From Paraburkholderia sp. (GTDB taxonomy: Bacteria; Pseudomonadota; Gammaproteobacteria; Burkholderiales; Burkholderiaceae), in assembly GCF_050742655.1 (NCBI RefSeq), contig NZ_JBOIGG010000017.1, positions 10,144 to 74,143 of the forward strand: DNA of 64,000 bases, given 5' to 3'. Positions 50,248 to 60,534 of the stretch are shown here, piece after piece. A program made the translations under genes and the position numbers. Numbering within the stretch: the stretch's first letter is position 1; every line of letters begins with the position of its first letter. Below the pieces are notes generated by a model. The model made no database searches and was not told the DNA's origin. It saw only the letters and a list, made by a program, of their open reading frames with translations.

Positions 50248-51498
50248 TCAGCGAAACAGCCGCTGTGCGTGAATGCCGAGACCCGTTGCGACGCTCGCGA
50301 GACGGTCGCCGAATACCGGCTCCGCATCAGGAAACGCGGCCGCCAGCGCCGCCGACAAGAATTTCAGCCCCGTCGACCCGCCGGTGAAATAGATCGCGGT
50401 GACATCCCGCGTCGCGATGCCCGCCGCCCGCACGGTCTCGCGTGCCGCCTGCACGATGCGTTGCATCTCGTCGCGCCCGGCTGTGACGAGTTGTGCCTCG
50501 TCGAATGCGAGACGCAGGTCATCTTCCACGTCGTCAAGATCGATCACCGTTTCGCCACCGGCCGCGACGCCGATCTTCGCCTCTTCCGCGTGCGCCGCAA
50601 GCGCATGACCGAGCCGCCGGTCGATCACCCGCATCAACCGGTCGTAATGGCGCACCTCGGGGTACAGATGGCGCATCAGCGACAGCTCGCTGACGCGCTT
50701 CGGCCCGTACACGGTGTTGATCAGATGCCAGGTCGCCAGATCGAAGTAGACGCGGTTCGGCACTTCGCGGCCTTCGGGATCGAAGCTCTGGTAACCCAGC
50801 TCGCGCAGGATCGTCGCGAGCTCGACGCGCCGGTCGAAGTCGGTCCCCGCGACGTGCACGCCGTGATGCGCGAGCACGTCGTCCTTGCGTTCGATCCGCT
50901 TCATCCGCCCGGGGCCTACGCGCACGAGCGAAAAGTCCGACGTCCCGCCGCCGATGTCGGCGACCAGCACCAGCCCTTCCGTGTTCAGATGCGACTCGTA
51001 GTCGAACGCGGCCGCGATCGGCTCATACTGGAAGTGGATTTCGCGCAGCCCCACCGAGCGCGCCGCCGCCTCGAGCTGCTGCTGCGCGAGCAGATCCGCG
51101 CGCGGATCGTCGTCGACGAAGAACACCGGCCGCCCGAGCACCGCGCGGTCGATCGATTCGCCCGCCGCCGCTTCGGCGCGACGCTTCAGATGATCGACAA
51201 AGATCGCGATCACGTCGGTATAGCGGATCGCGGAGCCGTCGCCGAGATCGGTGGTCGTTTCCGCGAGCGCCGAGCCGAGGATGCTCTTCATCGAGCGCAT
51301 CAACCGGCCGTCGAAGCCGTCGACATACGCTTCGATCGCCGCACGGCCGAACGCGCGCGTGTTTTCATCGGTGTTGAAGAAGACAGCGGTCGGCAGTGTC
51401 GTGAAATCGCGCTCGACCGGCGCGAGCCGCAGTACGCCGGCATCGGGCAACGCGACCGCCGAATTCGACGTGCCGAAGTCAATCGCACAATAGGTCAT
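50248..51498 (-). CDS. Hsp70-like actin-fold ATPase (YegD-like)
   Basis: IDFGTSNS, GRLMRSMKS.LG, EPIAAA and DIGGGTSDFS motifs. No substrate-binding lid. Confidence 0.9.
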   Translation of the reverse strand: MTYCAIDFGTSNSAVALPDAGVLRLAPVERDFTTLPTAVFFNTDENTRAFGRAAIEAYVDGFDGRLMRSMKSILGSALAETTTDLGDGSAIRYTDVIAIFVDHLKRRAEAAAGESIDRAVLGRPVFFVDDDPRADLLAQQQLEAAARSVGLREIHFQYEPIAAAFDYESHLNTEGLVLVADIGGGTSDFSLVRVGPGRMKRIERKDDVLAHHGVHVAGTDFDRRVELATILRELGYQSFDPEGREVPNRVYFDLATWHLINTVYGPKRVSELSLMRHLYPEVRHYDRLMRVIDRRLGHALAAHAEEAKIGVAAGGETVIDLDDVEDDLRLAFDEAQLVTAGRDEMQRIVQAARETVRAAGIATRDVTAIYFTGGSTGLKFLSAALAAAFPDAEPVFGDRLASVATGLGIHAQRLFR

Positions 51499-51652
51499 CG
51501 CGAAAAGCCGCCGCTCGCAGCGGCCGCCGACAGAAAGAGGACGGGCTTTTTATCACGAAACCACGACGACCGGCAACCGGCCCGCGGAACGGAAATTGCT
51601 CGCTACCGACGGTTAGACCGTCCAATTACACCGATCCGGGAGACAAGCGGAA

Positions 51653-53125
51653 ATGACCGAGCCGTCCACCGTCGCCGCGCGCGAGACATCGTCCGCGATC
51701 GTCGAGACCGATCTGCCCGCGCGGCTCGACCGCCTGCCGTGGGGCCGCTTTCATTCGCTGATCGTCGCCGCGCTCGGCATCACGTGGCTGCTCGACGGGC
51801 TCGAGGTAACGCTGGCGGGCGCGGTTGCAAGCGCGCTGAAGGCGAGCCCCGCGCTGCGGTTTTCGAACGCGGACGTCGGGCTGACCGGCAGTGCGTATCT
51901 CGCGGGCGCGGTGCTGGGCGCGCTCGGCTTCGGCTGGCTCACCGACCGGTTCGGCCGGCGCAAGCTGTTTTTCATCACGCTGACGCTGTATCTCGCGGCG
52001 ACGGCGGCGACCGCGCTGTCGTGGAATCTCTCGAGCTTCATCGCGTTCCGCTTCCTGACCGGCGCGGGCATCGGCGGCGAATACACGGCGATCAACTCGA
52101 CGATTCAGGAGTTCACGCCGGCCCGCGTGCGCGGCTGGACCGACCTCGGCATCAACGGCACGTTCTGGGTCGGCGCGGCACTCGGCGCCGGGGGCTCGCT
52201 GGTGTTGCTCGACCCCGGCCTGTTGCCGGGCGACTGGGGCTGGCGCGCGTGCTTCTTCATCGGCGCGGCGCTCGCGCTCGCGATCCTGCCGATGCGCGCA
52301 TGGGTGCCGGAAAGCCCGCGCTGGCTGCTGACGCACGGCCAGCTCGACGACGCGCGCACGATCGTCGAAGACATCGAGACGCGCTTTCGCGACCAGGGCC
52401 ACACGCTGCCCGCAATCGAAGACACGCCCCGCTTACGACTACGCGCACGCACGCATACCGCGCTCGGTGAGGTCTTCCACGCACTCTTCACGCTGCACCG
52501 GCGACGCTCGCTCGTCAGCCTGTCATTGATGACCGCGCAGGCGTTCTTCTACAACGCGATCTTTTTCACGTATGCGCTCGTGCTCACGGATTTCTACCAC
52601 GTGCCAGGCGATCACATCGGCTGGTATCTGCTGCCGTTCGCGCTCGGCAATTTTCTCGGGCCACTCGTGCTCGGCCGGCTGTTCGACGTGATCGGCCGCC
52701 GCACGATGATCGCGACGACCTACGCGCTGTCGGGCATTCTGCTCGCGGGCAGCGGCTATCTGTTCGAGCAGCAGTGGCTCACGGTGACCACCCAGACGAT
52801 CGCGTGGATGACGATCTTCTTCTTCGCGTCGGCGGCGGCGAGTTCCGCGTATCTGACTGTCAGCGAATCGTTTCCGCTCGAAATCCGCGCGCTCGCGATC
52901 GCGGTCTTCTATGCGTTCGGCACTGCGCTCGGCGGCATCGCAGGCCCCGTGTTCTTCGGCCGGCTGATCGACACGCATCAGCGCAGCGAGGTGTTCACCG
53001 GCTATCTGGTCGGCTCGGCGCTAATGCTCGCGGCCGCGGTGATCGTCGCGATCTGGGGCATCGATGCCGAAAGGAAATCGCTGGAGAGCGTCGCGGCACC
53101 GCTGTCCGCGGTAACGGACGACTGA
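51653..53125 (+). CDS. MFS transporter (sugar porter-like)
   Basis: DGLEVTL, LTDRFGRRK, RFLTGAGIGGE, PESPRWL and ESFPLEIR motifs. Confidence 0.9.
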   Translation: MTEPSTVAARETSSAIVETDLPARLDRLPWGRFHSLIVAALGITWLLDGLEVTLAGAVASALKASPALRFSNADVGLTGSAYLAGAVLGALGFGWLTDRFGRRKLFFITLTLYLAATAATALSWNLSSFIAFRFLTGAGIGGEYTAINSTIQEFTPARVRGWTDLGINGTFWVGAALGAGGSLVLLDPGLLPGDWGWRACFFIGAALALAILPMRAWVPESPRWLLTHGQLDDARTIVEDIETRFRDQGHTLPAIEDTPRLRLRARTHTALGEVFHALFTLHRRRSLVSLSLMTAQAFFYNAIFFTYALVLTDFYHVPGDHIGWYLLPFALGNFLGPLVLGRLFDVIGRRTMIATTYALSGILLAGSGYLFEQQWLTVTTQTIAWMTIFFFASAAASSAYLTVSESFPLEIRALAIAVFYAFGTALGGIAGPVFFGRLIDTHQRSEVFTGYLVGSALMLAAAVIVAIWGIDAERKSLESVAAPLSAVTDD

Positions 53126-53158
53126 TGGTCGCGCAATCCCCAACGCCGCGACCATAAA

Positions 53159-53186
53159 AAAACGCGCGGCACACGCCGCGCGTTTT
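53159..53186. terminator. bidirectional intrinsic terminator
   Basis: AAAACGCGCGGC-acac-GCCGCGCGTTTT between convergent genes. Confidence 0.85.
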
Positions 53187-53223
53187 CTGATCCATCACAC
53201 ACCGACAACAAAAAACTGTCGCG

Positions 53224-53817
53224 TCAGAACGCCTTCTTCCACGCACCGGCAAACGCGATATCGCCGAGCGGCACACGCGTGCGCGCCGCCCGCTCGCGAT
53301 CGCGCAGCGCCGCATCGAGCTTCGCCGGATCGCCATAGTGGCCGACCGCGATCATCGCGATCACTTCGACGTCGTCCGGAATGGCGAATTCTTTACGGAA
53401 CGCGCTCACGTCGATCCCGCTCATCTGATGCGTGGCAAGACCGAGCGCATGCGCCTGCAGCACCAGCGCCAGCGCCGCTGCACCCGCGTCGTACGGCGCG
53501 CAGCGATTGACTTCACCCTTGCTCGTCAACGACTGCGCCGTGACGGCGATCAGCACCGGCACCGGACCATTCCAGCCCTGGTTGAACGGCACGAGCGTCG
53601 CGAACGCGCGCTTGTACGCGGCTTCATCGGTGTTGCGGTCGAATACGACGAAACGCCACGGCTGCGCATTATACGAAGACGGCGCCCAGCGGGCCGCCTC
53701 GAGAATCGAATGCAGTTGCTCGCGAGTCACCGGCTCATTCGAGAAGGCTCTTGGGCTCCAGCGGCCGGCGAGCAGATCGTGAATGGAAACGTCGGTCGCT
53801 GCGGGTTTGGTGGTCAT
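53224..53817 (-). CDS. nitroreductase family protein
   Basis: RWSPRAF, EAARWAPSSYNAQPWRF and YDAGAA...L.LQA..LGL.THQMSG motifs. Confidence 0.92.
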   Translation of the reverse strand: MTTKPAATDVSIHDLLAGRWSPRAFSNEPVTREQLHSILEAARWAPSSYNAQPWRFVVFDRNTDEAAYKRAFATLVPFNQGWNGPVPVLIAVTAQSLTSKGEVNRCAPYDAGAAALALVLQAHALGLATHQMSGIDVSAFRKEFAIPDDVEVIAMIAVGHYGDPAKLDAALRDRERAARTRVPLGDIAFAGAWKKAF

Positions 53818-53920
53818 GCGTTTCTCTCAGTCGAGGTTGCGTCGACGGGCGAACGCCCGGGGCTCATAGCATAACCCGGGCTTCACGAAACGCGCTCCGC
53901 CGTGTGCGTCGATGCAGCCG

Positions 53921-55204
53921 TCAAACCGGCTGCGCGGCAACTGGCCGCTCGCGCCGGTTGATCCGCAACACCAGCACCGATGCCACGAGGCACAGTCCGC
54001 CCGAGATCATCGACGCGACCGTGTACGTACCGAGGCTCGCGCGCAGCATGCCGGCACCGAGCGCGGCGAACGCGGCACCCAGCTGATGTCCCGCGACGAC
54101 CCAGCCGAACACGACTGGTGCGGCGTCCTTGCCATAAACGTCGGTGGCGAGACGCACGGTCGGCGGCACGGTGGCGATCCAGTCGAGACCGTAGAAAATC
54201 GCGAAGATCGGCAGGCCGTAGAAGTCGATGCCGAACGCGTGCGGCAAATACATCAGCGACAGCCCACGCAGACCGTAGTACCAGAACAGCAGCACGCGGC
54301 TGTTGAAGCGGTCCGACAGCCAGCCCGACAACGTCGTGCCGAACAGATCGAAGATGCCCATCGCGGCGAGCAGCGACGCGCCCTGCACTTCGCTCAGCCC
54401 GTAGTCGCCGCACATCGCGATCAGATGCGTGCCGATGTAGCCGTTGGTACTCGCGCCGCAGATGAAGAAGCTGAAGAACAGCAGCCAGAAGTCGCGCGTG
54501 CGACTCACCGATGCGAGCGTGCCGAACGCGATCTGCAGCGGATTCTTCGTCTGCACGGCGGTCGCGAGTGGTGCGCCGGGCGGCTCGCCGAACGGGCGCA
54601 GCATCACGTCGGCAGGACGCTCGGGCAGCAGGAACGCGACGAGCGGCAACACGACCGCGGCCGCACCCGCGACGATCCACACCACCTGACGCCAGCCCTG
54701 ATGCTCCGCCACCGCGGCGAGCAGCGGCAGGAACACCAGCTGGCCGGTGGCCGAACTCGCGGTGAGGATACCCATCACGAGGCCGCGGTGCGTGGTGAAC
54801 CAGCGGTTCACGATCGTCGCCGACAGCGACAGCGCCGCGACGCCCGTCGCTCCGCCGACCATCACGCCCCAGATCAGGATCATCTGCCACGGGTGCGTCA
54901 TCAGCGACGACAGTGCGACGCCGGCCGCCATCGTCGACAGCGCGATGAGTACGGTGGGCCGCACGCCGAAGCGCTGCATCGCCGCGGCGGCGAACGGTCC
55001 CATCAGCCCGTACAGCGCAATGTTCACGGAGATCGCGAGCGAGATCGTCGCGCGGCTCCAGCCGAATTGATGCTCGAGCGGCACCATCATCACGCTTGGC
55101 GTCGCGCGCGTCCCGGCGGCCGCGAGCAATACCAGGAACACGACGGCCACCGCGAGCCAGCCATAGTGAAAGCGTGCGCCGATTCTTCTTGCTGCCCAGT
55201 TCAT
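53921..55204 (-). CDS. MFS transporter
   Basis: About 12 TM segments, LSDRFNSR motif A and FYGLDWIATVPPT. Divergent from a TetR gene. Confidence 0.9.
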   Translation of the reverse strand: MNWAARRIGARFHYGWLAVAVVFLVLLAAAGTRATPSVMMVPLEHQFGWSRATISLAISVNIALYGLMGPFAAAAMQRFGVRPTVLIALSTMAAGVALSSLMTHPWQMILIWGVMVGGATGVAALSLSATIVNRWFTTHRGLVMGILTASSATGQLVFLPLLAAVAEHQGWRQVVWIVAGAAAVVLPLVAFLLPERPADVMLRPFGEPPGAPLATAVQTKNPLQIAFGTLASVSRTRDFWLLFFSFFICGASTNGYIGTHLIAMCGDYGLSEVQGASLLAAMGIFDLFGTTLSGWLSDRFNSRVLLFWYYGLRGLSLMYLPHAFGIDFYGLPIFAIFYGLDWIATVPPTVRLATDVYGKDAAPVVFGWVVAGHQLGAAFAALGAGMLRASLGTYTVASMISGGLCLVASVLVLRINRRERPVAAQPV

Positions 55205-55264
55205 CGGTTCTCCCGTCGGCCCGCCTGCTGTGGACAGCGCCGATTCACGTTGCCTGCCTGATTG

Positions 55265-55337
55265 TTACCGATCCGGTAAAGGACTTGTGACTGATCTGTC
55301 ACAAACAGAGTTGCGATCTTAGTTACCGGTCGGTAAC
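55265..55337. promoter_or_regulatory. palindromic operators between divergent MFS and TetR
   Basis: TTACCG-atc-CGGTAA (55265-55279), GTTACCG-gt-CGGTAAC (55322-55337) and TTGTGAC-N6-GTCACAA (55285-55304). Confidence 0.7.
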
Positions 55338-55378
55338 ATGTCAAGCCATCGATGCAATAACCCCGAAGGTGATGTGCC

Positions 55379-56023
55379 ATGAATGCCAACGCAAGCGCCA
55401 AACTACCAGCCGGCCGTCGCCCTCGCGCGCAGATGGCCGGACATGAAGCGCAGTCGCATCTGCTGGACGCCGCCGCCGAGCTCTTCTATCGCGAAGGCGT
55501 GCGGGCCGTCGGCGTCGACGCAGTGGTCGAGCTCGCGGGCGTCAACAAGATGAGTCTGTACCGGCAGTTCTCGTCGAAGGACGATCTGGTGGTCGCGTAT
55601 CTGGAGCGCTCGGACGAGGGCTTTTTCCATCGCTTCGAACAGAGCGTCGCGAAGCATCCCGGCGAGCCCGTGAAGCAGATCGCGCAGTATTTCGAAGACC
55701 TCACGGCGCGCGCGTCGGTGCCCGATTATCGGGGCTGCCCGTTCGTCAACGTATCGGCCGAATTTCCGGACCCCGCACATCCGGCGCGGCTGTGCGTGTC
55801 GCGCAACAAGACGAAGCTGATGGCACGGCTCACGGAGCTCGCGACCGCGGCCGGCGCGGACGATCCGGTGGCACTCGCCAATGCACTGGCATTGCTGATC
55901 GAAGGCATCTACGCGGCGAGCCAGACCTACGGCCCCACTAGCGGACCGGTTGCCGTGACCGCACGCGTCGCCGCGCAGCTGGTCGCCGCAGCGTGTGTGC
56001 AGACCGCGCCGGAGCAGCCGTGA
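55379..56023 (+). CDS. TetR/AcrR family regulator
   Basis: LLDAAAELFY..GV...GVDAV...AGVNKMSLYRQF.SKDDL HTH and RGCPFVN motif. Confidence 0.93.
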   Translation: MNANASAKLPAGRRPRAQMAGHEAQSHLLDAAAELFYREGVRAVGVDAVVELAGVNKMSLYRQFSSKDDLVVAYLERSDEGFFHRFEQSVAKHPGEPVKQIAQYFEDLTARASVPDYRGCPFVNVSAEFPDPAHPARLCVSRNKTKLMARLTELATAAGADDPVALANALALLIEGIYAASQTYGPTSGPVAVTARVAAQLVAAACVQTAPEQP

Positions 56024-56592
56024 TGCCGCTCGACGACGCCGCGCGCGAAACGATCCTCGCTACGACGCGCCACTGGCTGACGCGCGCAGTGATCGGCCTG
56101 AACCTGTGCCCATTCGCGAAGGCTGTGTACGTGAAGGAGCAGATCCGCTACGCGATCAGCGAAGCGGTCGACATGGAAGGCGTGCTGACCGATCTTGAAA
56201 CGGAACTGCGTGCGCTTGCCGACGCCGACCCGGCTGCGATCGACACGACGCTGCTGATCGTGCCGCATACGCTCGCCGATTTCGCCGACTACAACGATTG
56301 CCTGTTCTTCGCCGATCGTCTGCTGAAGCAGCTGCGCCTCGAAGGCGAGCTGCAGATCGCGAGCTTTCATCCGCGGTATCGGTTCGAGGACAGCGAACCC
56401 GACGACATCGAAAACTACACGAACCGCGCACCGTGGCCAATCCTGCATCTGCTGCGCGAGGCGAGCATCGAGCGCGCGGTCGATGCCTTTCCCGATGCCG
56501 CCGACATCTACGGACGCAACATGGACACGCTGCGGCGTCTCGGCCACGCGGGCTGGGCCGAGTGGATGAACGCGCCCGCAGACGGTTCTTAA
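56023..56592 (+). CDS. DUF1415 family protein
   Basis: WL..AVIGLNLCPFA, LQIASFHP.Y.F, NYTNRAPWP.LHLLRE and IY.RN motifs. Start ATG 56023 overlaps the TetR stop. Confidence 0.85.
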   Translation: MPLDDAARETILATTRHWLTRAVIGLNLCPFAKAVYVKEQIRYAISEAVDMEGVLTDLETELRALADADPAAIDTTLLIVPHTLADFADYNDCLFFADRLLKQLRLEGELQIASFHPRYRFEDSEPDDIENYTNRAPWPILHLLREASIERAVDAFPDAADIYGRNMDTLRRLGHAGWAEWMNAPADGS

Positions 56593-56601
56593 AACAGCCC
56601 G

Positions 56602-57432
56602 TCAAGCCGCGACGAAGAACCTTTCCTGCAGCTCGGCGATACCGAGTGTCTCCATCACTTCCGTGAGCCGTTGCGTCGGACGACCGCGCGGCAAGTCCTT
56701 GTACTGCGCGACGATCAGCTCGTTTTTCATCGAGTGCTCCCAGCCGACCAGTTCGGTCACATTGACCTGATAGCCATGCGCCTCGAGCTGCAGACAGCGC
56801 AGCACGTTGGTGATCTGGCTGCCGAACTCGCGCGTATGCAGCGGATGACGCCAGATCTCCGTCAGCGCATGACCGAGAGAGCGGTTCTTGTTCCGCCGCA
56901 GCACGCCCGCCACTTCCGCCTGGCAGCACGGCACCACGACGATGTACTTCGCCTGTTTGCGTAACGCGAAGCGGATCGCGTCGTCGGTGGCGGTGTCGCA
57001 CGCGTGCAGCGCGGTGACGATGTCGACGGTCGGCGGCAGGCGGTCGGAGACGATCGAATCCGCGACCGACAGATTGAGGAACGACATCCCGCCGAACCCG
57101 AGCCGCGCCGCCAGTTCCTCGGACTTCGTCACCAGTTCTTCGCGCGTTTCGATCCCGTAGATCCGCGACGCGTCGTGCTGCTCCTTGAAGAACAGGTCGT
57201 ACAGGATGAAGCCGAGGTACGACTTGCCGGCGCCGTGATCGACCAGCGTGATCGCGGGCTGCGCGGCCTTCAACTCGGTCAGCAGCGGCTCGATGAACTG
57301 AAACAGGTGATACACCTGCTTCAGCTTGCGGCGGCTGTCCTGGTTCATCTTGCCGTCGCGCGTGAGGATATGCAGCTCCTTCAGCAACTCGACGGACTGG
57401 TTGGGTCGGATTTCGTGGGTTTTGCCGGACAT
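56602..57432 (-). CDS. class I SAM-dependent methyltransferase
   Basis: LVDHGAGKSYLGF, ALHACDTATD, VPCCQ and HSMKNELI motifs. Confidence 0.85.
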   Translation of the reverse strand: MSGKTHEIRPNQSVELLKELHILTRDGKMNQDSRRKLKQVYHLFQFIEPLLTELKAAQPAITLVDHGAGKSYLGFILYDLFFKEQHDASRIYGIETREELVTKSEELAARLGFGGMSFLNLSVADSIVSDRLPPTVDIVTALHACDTATDDAIRFALRKQAKYIVVVPCCQAEVAGVLRRNKNRSLGHALTEIWRHPLHTREFGSQITNVLRCLQLEAHGYQVNVTELVGWEHSMKNELIVAQYKDLPRGRPTQRLTEVMETLGIAELQERFFVAA

Positions 57433-57559
57433 CGAATGAAACCGCCGCCCATTGCATCGCGAACGTGCGACAGGCGACGGAAAAAGAGAAAAGTTGCTGC
57501 CAGTTTACCCAAAGCGCGGCTACCCGATGCGGATCGACCGCCCGGACGGCTGCGCGACG

Positions 57560-57624
57560 CACTTGAAACTCACTTACGGCGTACTGATGGCTCACTTGCC
57601 TGGAACACTTACCTGGAATACTTC
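57560..57624 (+). repeat. cluster of CACTT(G/A) direct repeats in intergenic DNA
   Basis: CACTTG 57560, CACTTA 57571, CACTTGCCTGGAA 57593, CACTTACCTGGAA 57606 and TACTT 57619. Confidence 0.6.
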
Positions 57625-57858
57625 GTGCTCCGATAAGGCCGTATGCGGCGCGGGGTCAACGCCGCGTCACGATGCCGTAAGCCAGCCCGCCTGTCGGGGC
57701 CGGTAGAACAACAAGGAAAGCCGGCGGCCGTCGTTTTCGAAACGGCGGACCGCCGGGCGTGTGGGGAGGTCGGGCCGGAACACGGGCACGAACGTTACGT
57801 AACCTGCAGCGCGCCGCGATCTCTACAGAAAGCGCGCTCAGACGATGAAGAGGCGGCA

Positions 57859-58179
57859 ATGGATGCAATACCCAACGGAAGCGCCGAGCAGAAGTTCCAG
57901 GAGCTGCTTGCGAAGCTGACGGCGACGCCGGCGTGGACGGAAAAACAGCAGCTCGAACTCGAAATGGCACGCGACATTTCGGCCGAGATGCTTCAGCTCG
58001 CCGAAGCGATGCGCGACGGCAGCGTCGATCTCGAAACCTGCCTGACGCTGCTCAAATACGCGAAAGTGCTCGACTTCGTGATGACGACGCTCGCGTCGCG
58101 CCGCGACATCAAGCCGCAAACGCTGCGGGTCATTTTCAAGCTGGCCGGACTCAAGGTCGACGAGGCTTATCCGGGTTGA
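57859..58179 (+). CDS. hypothetical protein, predicted all-alpha (106 aa)
   Basis: ATG 57859 with GAGG upstream and strong GC3 codon bias (MDAIPNGSAEQKFQELL...). Confidence 0.7.
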   Translation: MDAIPNGSAEQKFQELLAKLTATPAWTEKQQLELEMARDISAEMLQLAEAMRDGSVDLETCLTLLKYAKVLDFVMTTLASRRDIKPQTLRVIFKLAGLKVDEAYPG

Positions 58180-58221
58180 GCGGCCTGGCTGCTCCAGCCT
58201 TCGTGCCACCAGCCGGCGGGG

Positions 58222-58920
58222 TTACCGGCCTTGGCGCGTCATCAACCGTTCGTACGACAGCTTGAGGTGCCGCTGCATCGCCGCGTGCGCCTGCACGGCA
58301 TCGCGTGCCTCGAGCGCTTCGAGAATTGCGCGATGCTCGTCGAGCGCGGCCACCCAGGTATCCTCGCCTTCGAAATGCACGCGCAGCTTCGACGACAGCG
58401 GACGATGCCGCTCGTCGAACAGGTCCGCGACCGTGCGGACCAGCACGTCGTTGCCCGTCATCTGCGCGATCGCCAGGTGAAACTGCCGGTCCGCCGCAAT
58501 CGGCACCTGCCCCGCCGCGACTTCCTGCGCCATCCGCTCGAACAGCGCGCGTAGCGCCTTCAGTGCCTTCGGCCGCGAAAACGGCGCGACCGTGGCCGCG
58601 ATCGCTCCTTCGATCACCGCGCGTGCTTCCATGTTTTCGCGCGGACTTTCACCGAGCTTCTCCGGATCGGGCGTCGTGACCGCGCGCGACGTTTCGGTCA
58701 CGTACACGCCCGAGCCCATCCGGATCTCCACGCGTCCCTCCAGTTCCAGCGCCACCAGCGCTTCGCGCACCGACGGCCGCGACACGCCGAGCGTCTGCGC
58801 GAGTTCGCGTTCGGACAGCAGGCGTCCGCTCGGCGCGAAGCCTTGCTGCTCGATCAGGTCGCGCAGCTTGTCGGCGATCTGCAGGTAGAGACGGCGCGTT
58901 TCGACAGGTTTGGCGGGCAC
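58222..58920 (-). CDS. GntR/FadR family regulator
   Basis: RLLSERELAQTLGVSRPSVREAL..LE..G.V....GSG.YV HTH and ADRQFH (FCD). GTG start at 58920. Confidence 0.92.
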   Translation of the reverse strand: MPAKPVETRRLYLQIADKLRDLIEQQGFAPSGRLLSERELAQTLGVSRPSVREALVALELEGRVEIRMGSGVYVTETSRAVTTPDPEKLGESPRENMEARAVIEGAIAATVAPFSRPKALKALRALFERMAQEVAAGQVPIAADRQFHLAIAQMTGNDVLVRTVADLFDERHRPLSSKLRVHFEGEDTWVAALDEHRAILEALEARDAVQAHAAMQRHLKLSYERLMTRQGR

Positions 58921-59012
58921 AGCGCCTCCAGACAACAGGCGGGGAAAAATACGAACGATCGGGACGGGCGAGGTGCGAAACGGCGTGCCGCCCCACTCGC
59001 GGCAGCACCGAA

Positions 59013-59065
59013 ACTGGCTTGACCAGATTAACAAACGACTTCTATCATCGGCAACTGGTCAGGCC
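59013..59065. promoter_or_regulatory. candidate FadR-type operators
   Basis: ACTGGcttgACCAG (59013-59026) and ACTGGTCAGGCC (59054-59065) resemble the TGGT-N3-ACCA GntR/FadR box. Confidence 0.45.
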
Positions 59066-59250
59066 GAAATAGATCGAATTGGCAGCGGGTTATGTCGGTT
59101 TCGATCCGCGACCGTCGGCCCCACCGCCCCACTCTCCTGCGACCTCGCGATGAACCCTGCCGGTCAAACGCGCTTTCGTTTCGCCTCATTGTCTGCGCGT
59201 GCGCGTCGGCCTGCGAGCCCCGCGACACCACGCTCCCGCCATCCGCTTCG

Positions 59251-60411
59251 ATGAACACGATGAAACCGATGAACAACCCGATCCTCCAGTTCGGCACGAG
59301 CCGCTTCCTGCAGGCACACGCCGATTTCTTCATCGCGCAGGCGCTCGCGATGGGCCGCGCGCTCGGCCGCGTCACGGTCGTGCAGACGACGTCGAACCCC
59401 GACAGCCGCGCGCGCATCGACGCGTTGCGCGAAGCGCCGCACTATCCGGTGCGGATCCGCGGCCGTCTCGACAACGCGGACATCGACGAGACCGTCGAAT
59501 GCGATGCGATCGACGAAGCGCTCGACGCGAGCGTCGACTGGCCGCTCGTGCGCGAGCGCTTCGCACACGATGCGCGCGTCGTGCTGTCGAACACCAGCGA
59601 CAGCGGCTTCGCGTGCTTCCCCGACGACACTGCCGCGCTGCTGCATGAACCCCACGCTGCGCACACCGTGCCGCACGGTTTCGCCGCGAAGCTCGTCGTG
59701 CTGCTGCACGCGCGCTTCGAAGCGGGCGCCGCGCCGCTCACGCTGCTGCCGTGCGAGCTGATCACCAACAACGGCGACACGCTGCGCGCGCTGGTGGCGG
59801 GTATTGCGCGCGACTGGCACGCGGACGACGCGTTCGTCCGCTATATCGAGCACACGTGCATCTGGGTGAACTCGCTGGTTGACCGCATCGTGTCGGAGCC
59901 GATCCTGCCGATCGGCGCGGTCGCCGAGCCGTACGCGCTGTGGGCAATCGAACGGCAACCCGGGATGGTGTTGCCGTGCGAACACGAAGCGATGATAGTC
60001 ACCGACGACCTGCCGCACTACGAGCGCCTGAAGCTGTTGTTGCTCAATCTCGGCCACACGTACCTCGCAGAACGCTGGCAGGCCGACGCGCGTCCAGCCG
60101 ACGAAAACACGCTGCACGCGATGCACGACCCCGCGCTGCGCGCCGATCTCGAAGCGCTGTGGCGCGACGAGGTGTTGCCGGTCTTCGATGCACTCGGCAA
60201 AGGCGACGATGCGCGCGGCTATCTCGACGAGGTGCGCGAGCGTTTCGAGAATCCGTTTCTCGATCACCGGCTCGCGGACATCGCACGCAATCATGCGCAG
60301 AAGAAGCAGCGGCGTTTCCAGCCGGTGCTCGATCTCGCGCACGAACTGAAGCTCGATCTCGCGCAACCGCGACTGCGGGCGGCGCTCGCACGCGAGCCGG
60401 TCGCGGCTTGA
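59251..60411 (+). CDS. mannitol-dehydrogenase-family sugar-acid oxidoreductase (UxaB/UxuB-like)
   Basis: ILQFG, VLSNTSDSG, LPCELI..NG, NSLVDRIV, AEPYALW, KL.LLNLGH and RFENPFL.H.L.DI motifs. Start may be 59251, 59260 or 59269. Confidence 0.85.
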   Translation: MNTMKPMNNPILQFGTSRFLQAHADFFIAQALAMGRALGRVTVVQTTSNPDSRARIDALREAPHYPVRIRGRLDNADIDETVECDAIDEALDASVDWPLVRERFAHDARVVLSNTSDSGFACFPDDTAALLHEPHAAHTVPHGFAAKLVVLLHARFEAGAAPLTLLPCELITNNGDTLRALVAGIARDWHADDAFVRYIEHTCIWVNSLVDRIVSEPILPIGAVAEPYALWAIERQPGMVLPCEHEAMIVTDDLPHYERLKLLLLNLGHTYLAERWQADARPADENTLHAMHDPALRADLEALWRDEVLPVFDALGKGDDARGYLDEVRERFENPFLDHRLADIARNHAQKKQRRFQPVLDLAHELKLDLAQPRLRAALAREPVAA

Positions 60412-60534
60412 TCGGGCAGTACACGCAGTTCCGCCGCTAGAGCGGGACGCACGAAACAAACGGCCCGCCTGCCCGGCATCGCAGCGGACCACAGCATTCA
60501 CAAGACGGATGCCGACACTGGAGGAGACGTTGTC

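Noticed and set aside
55285-55304. CRP/FNR site
   Set aside because: The TGTGA and TCACA half-sites are 8 nt apart, not the 6 required. It is kept only as an unassigned dyad.
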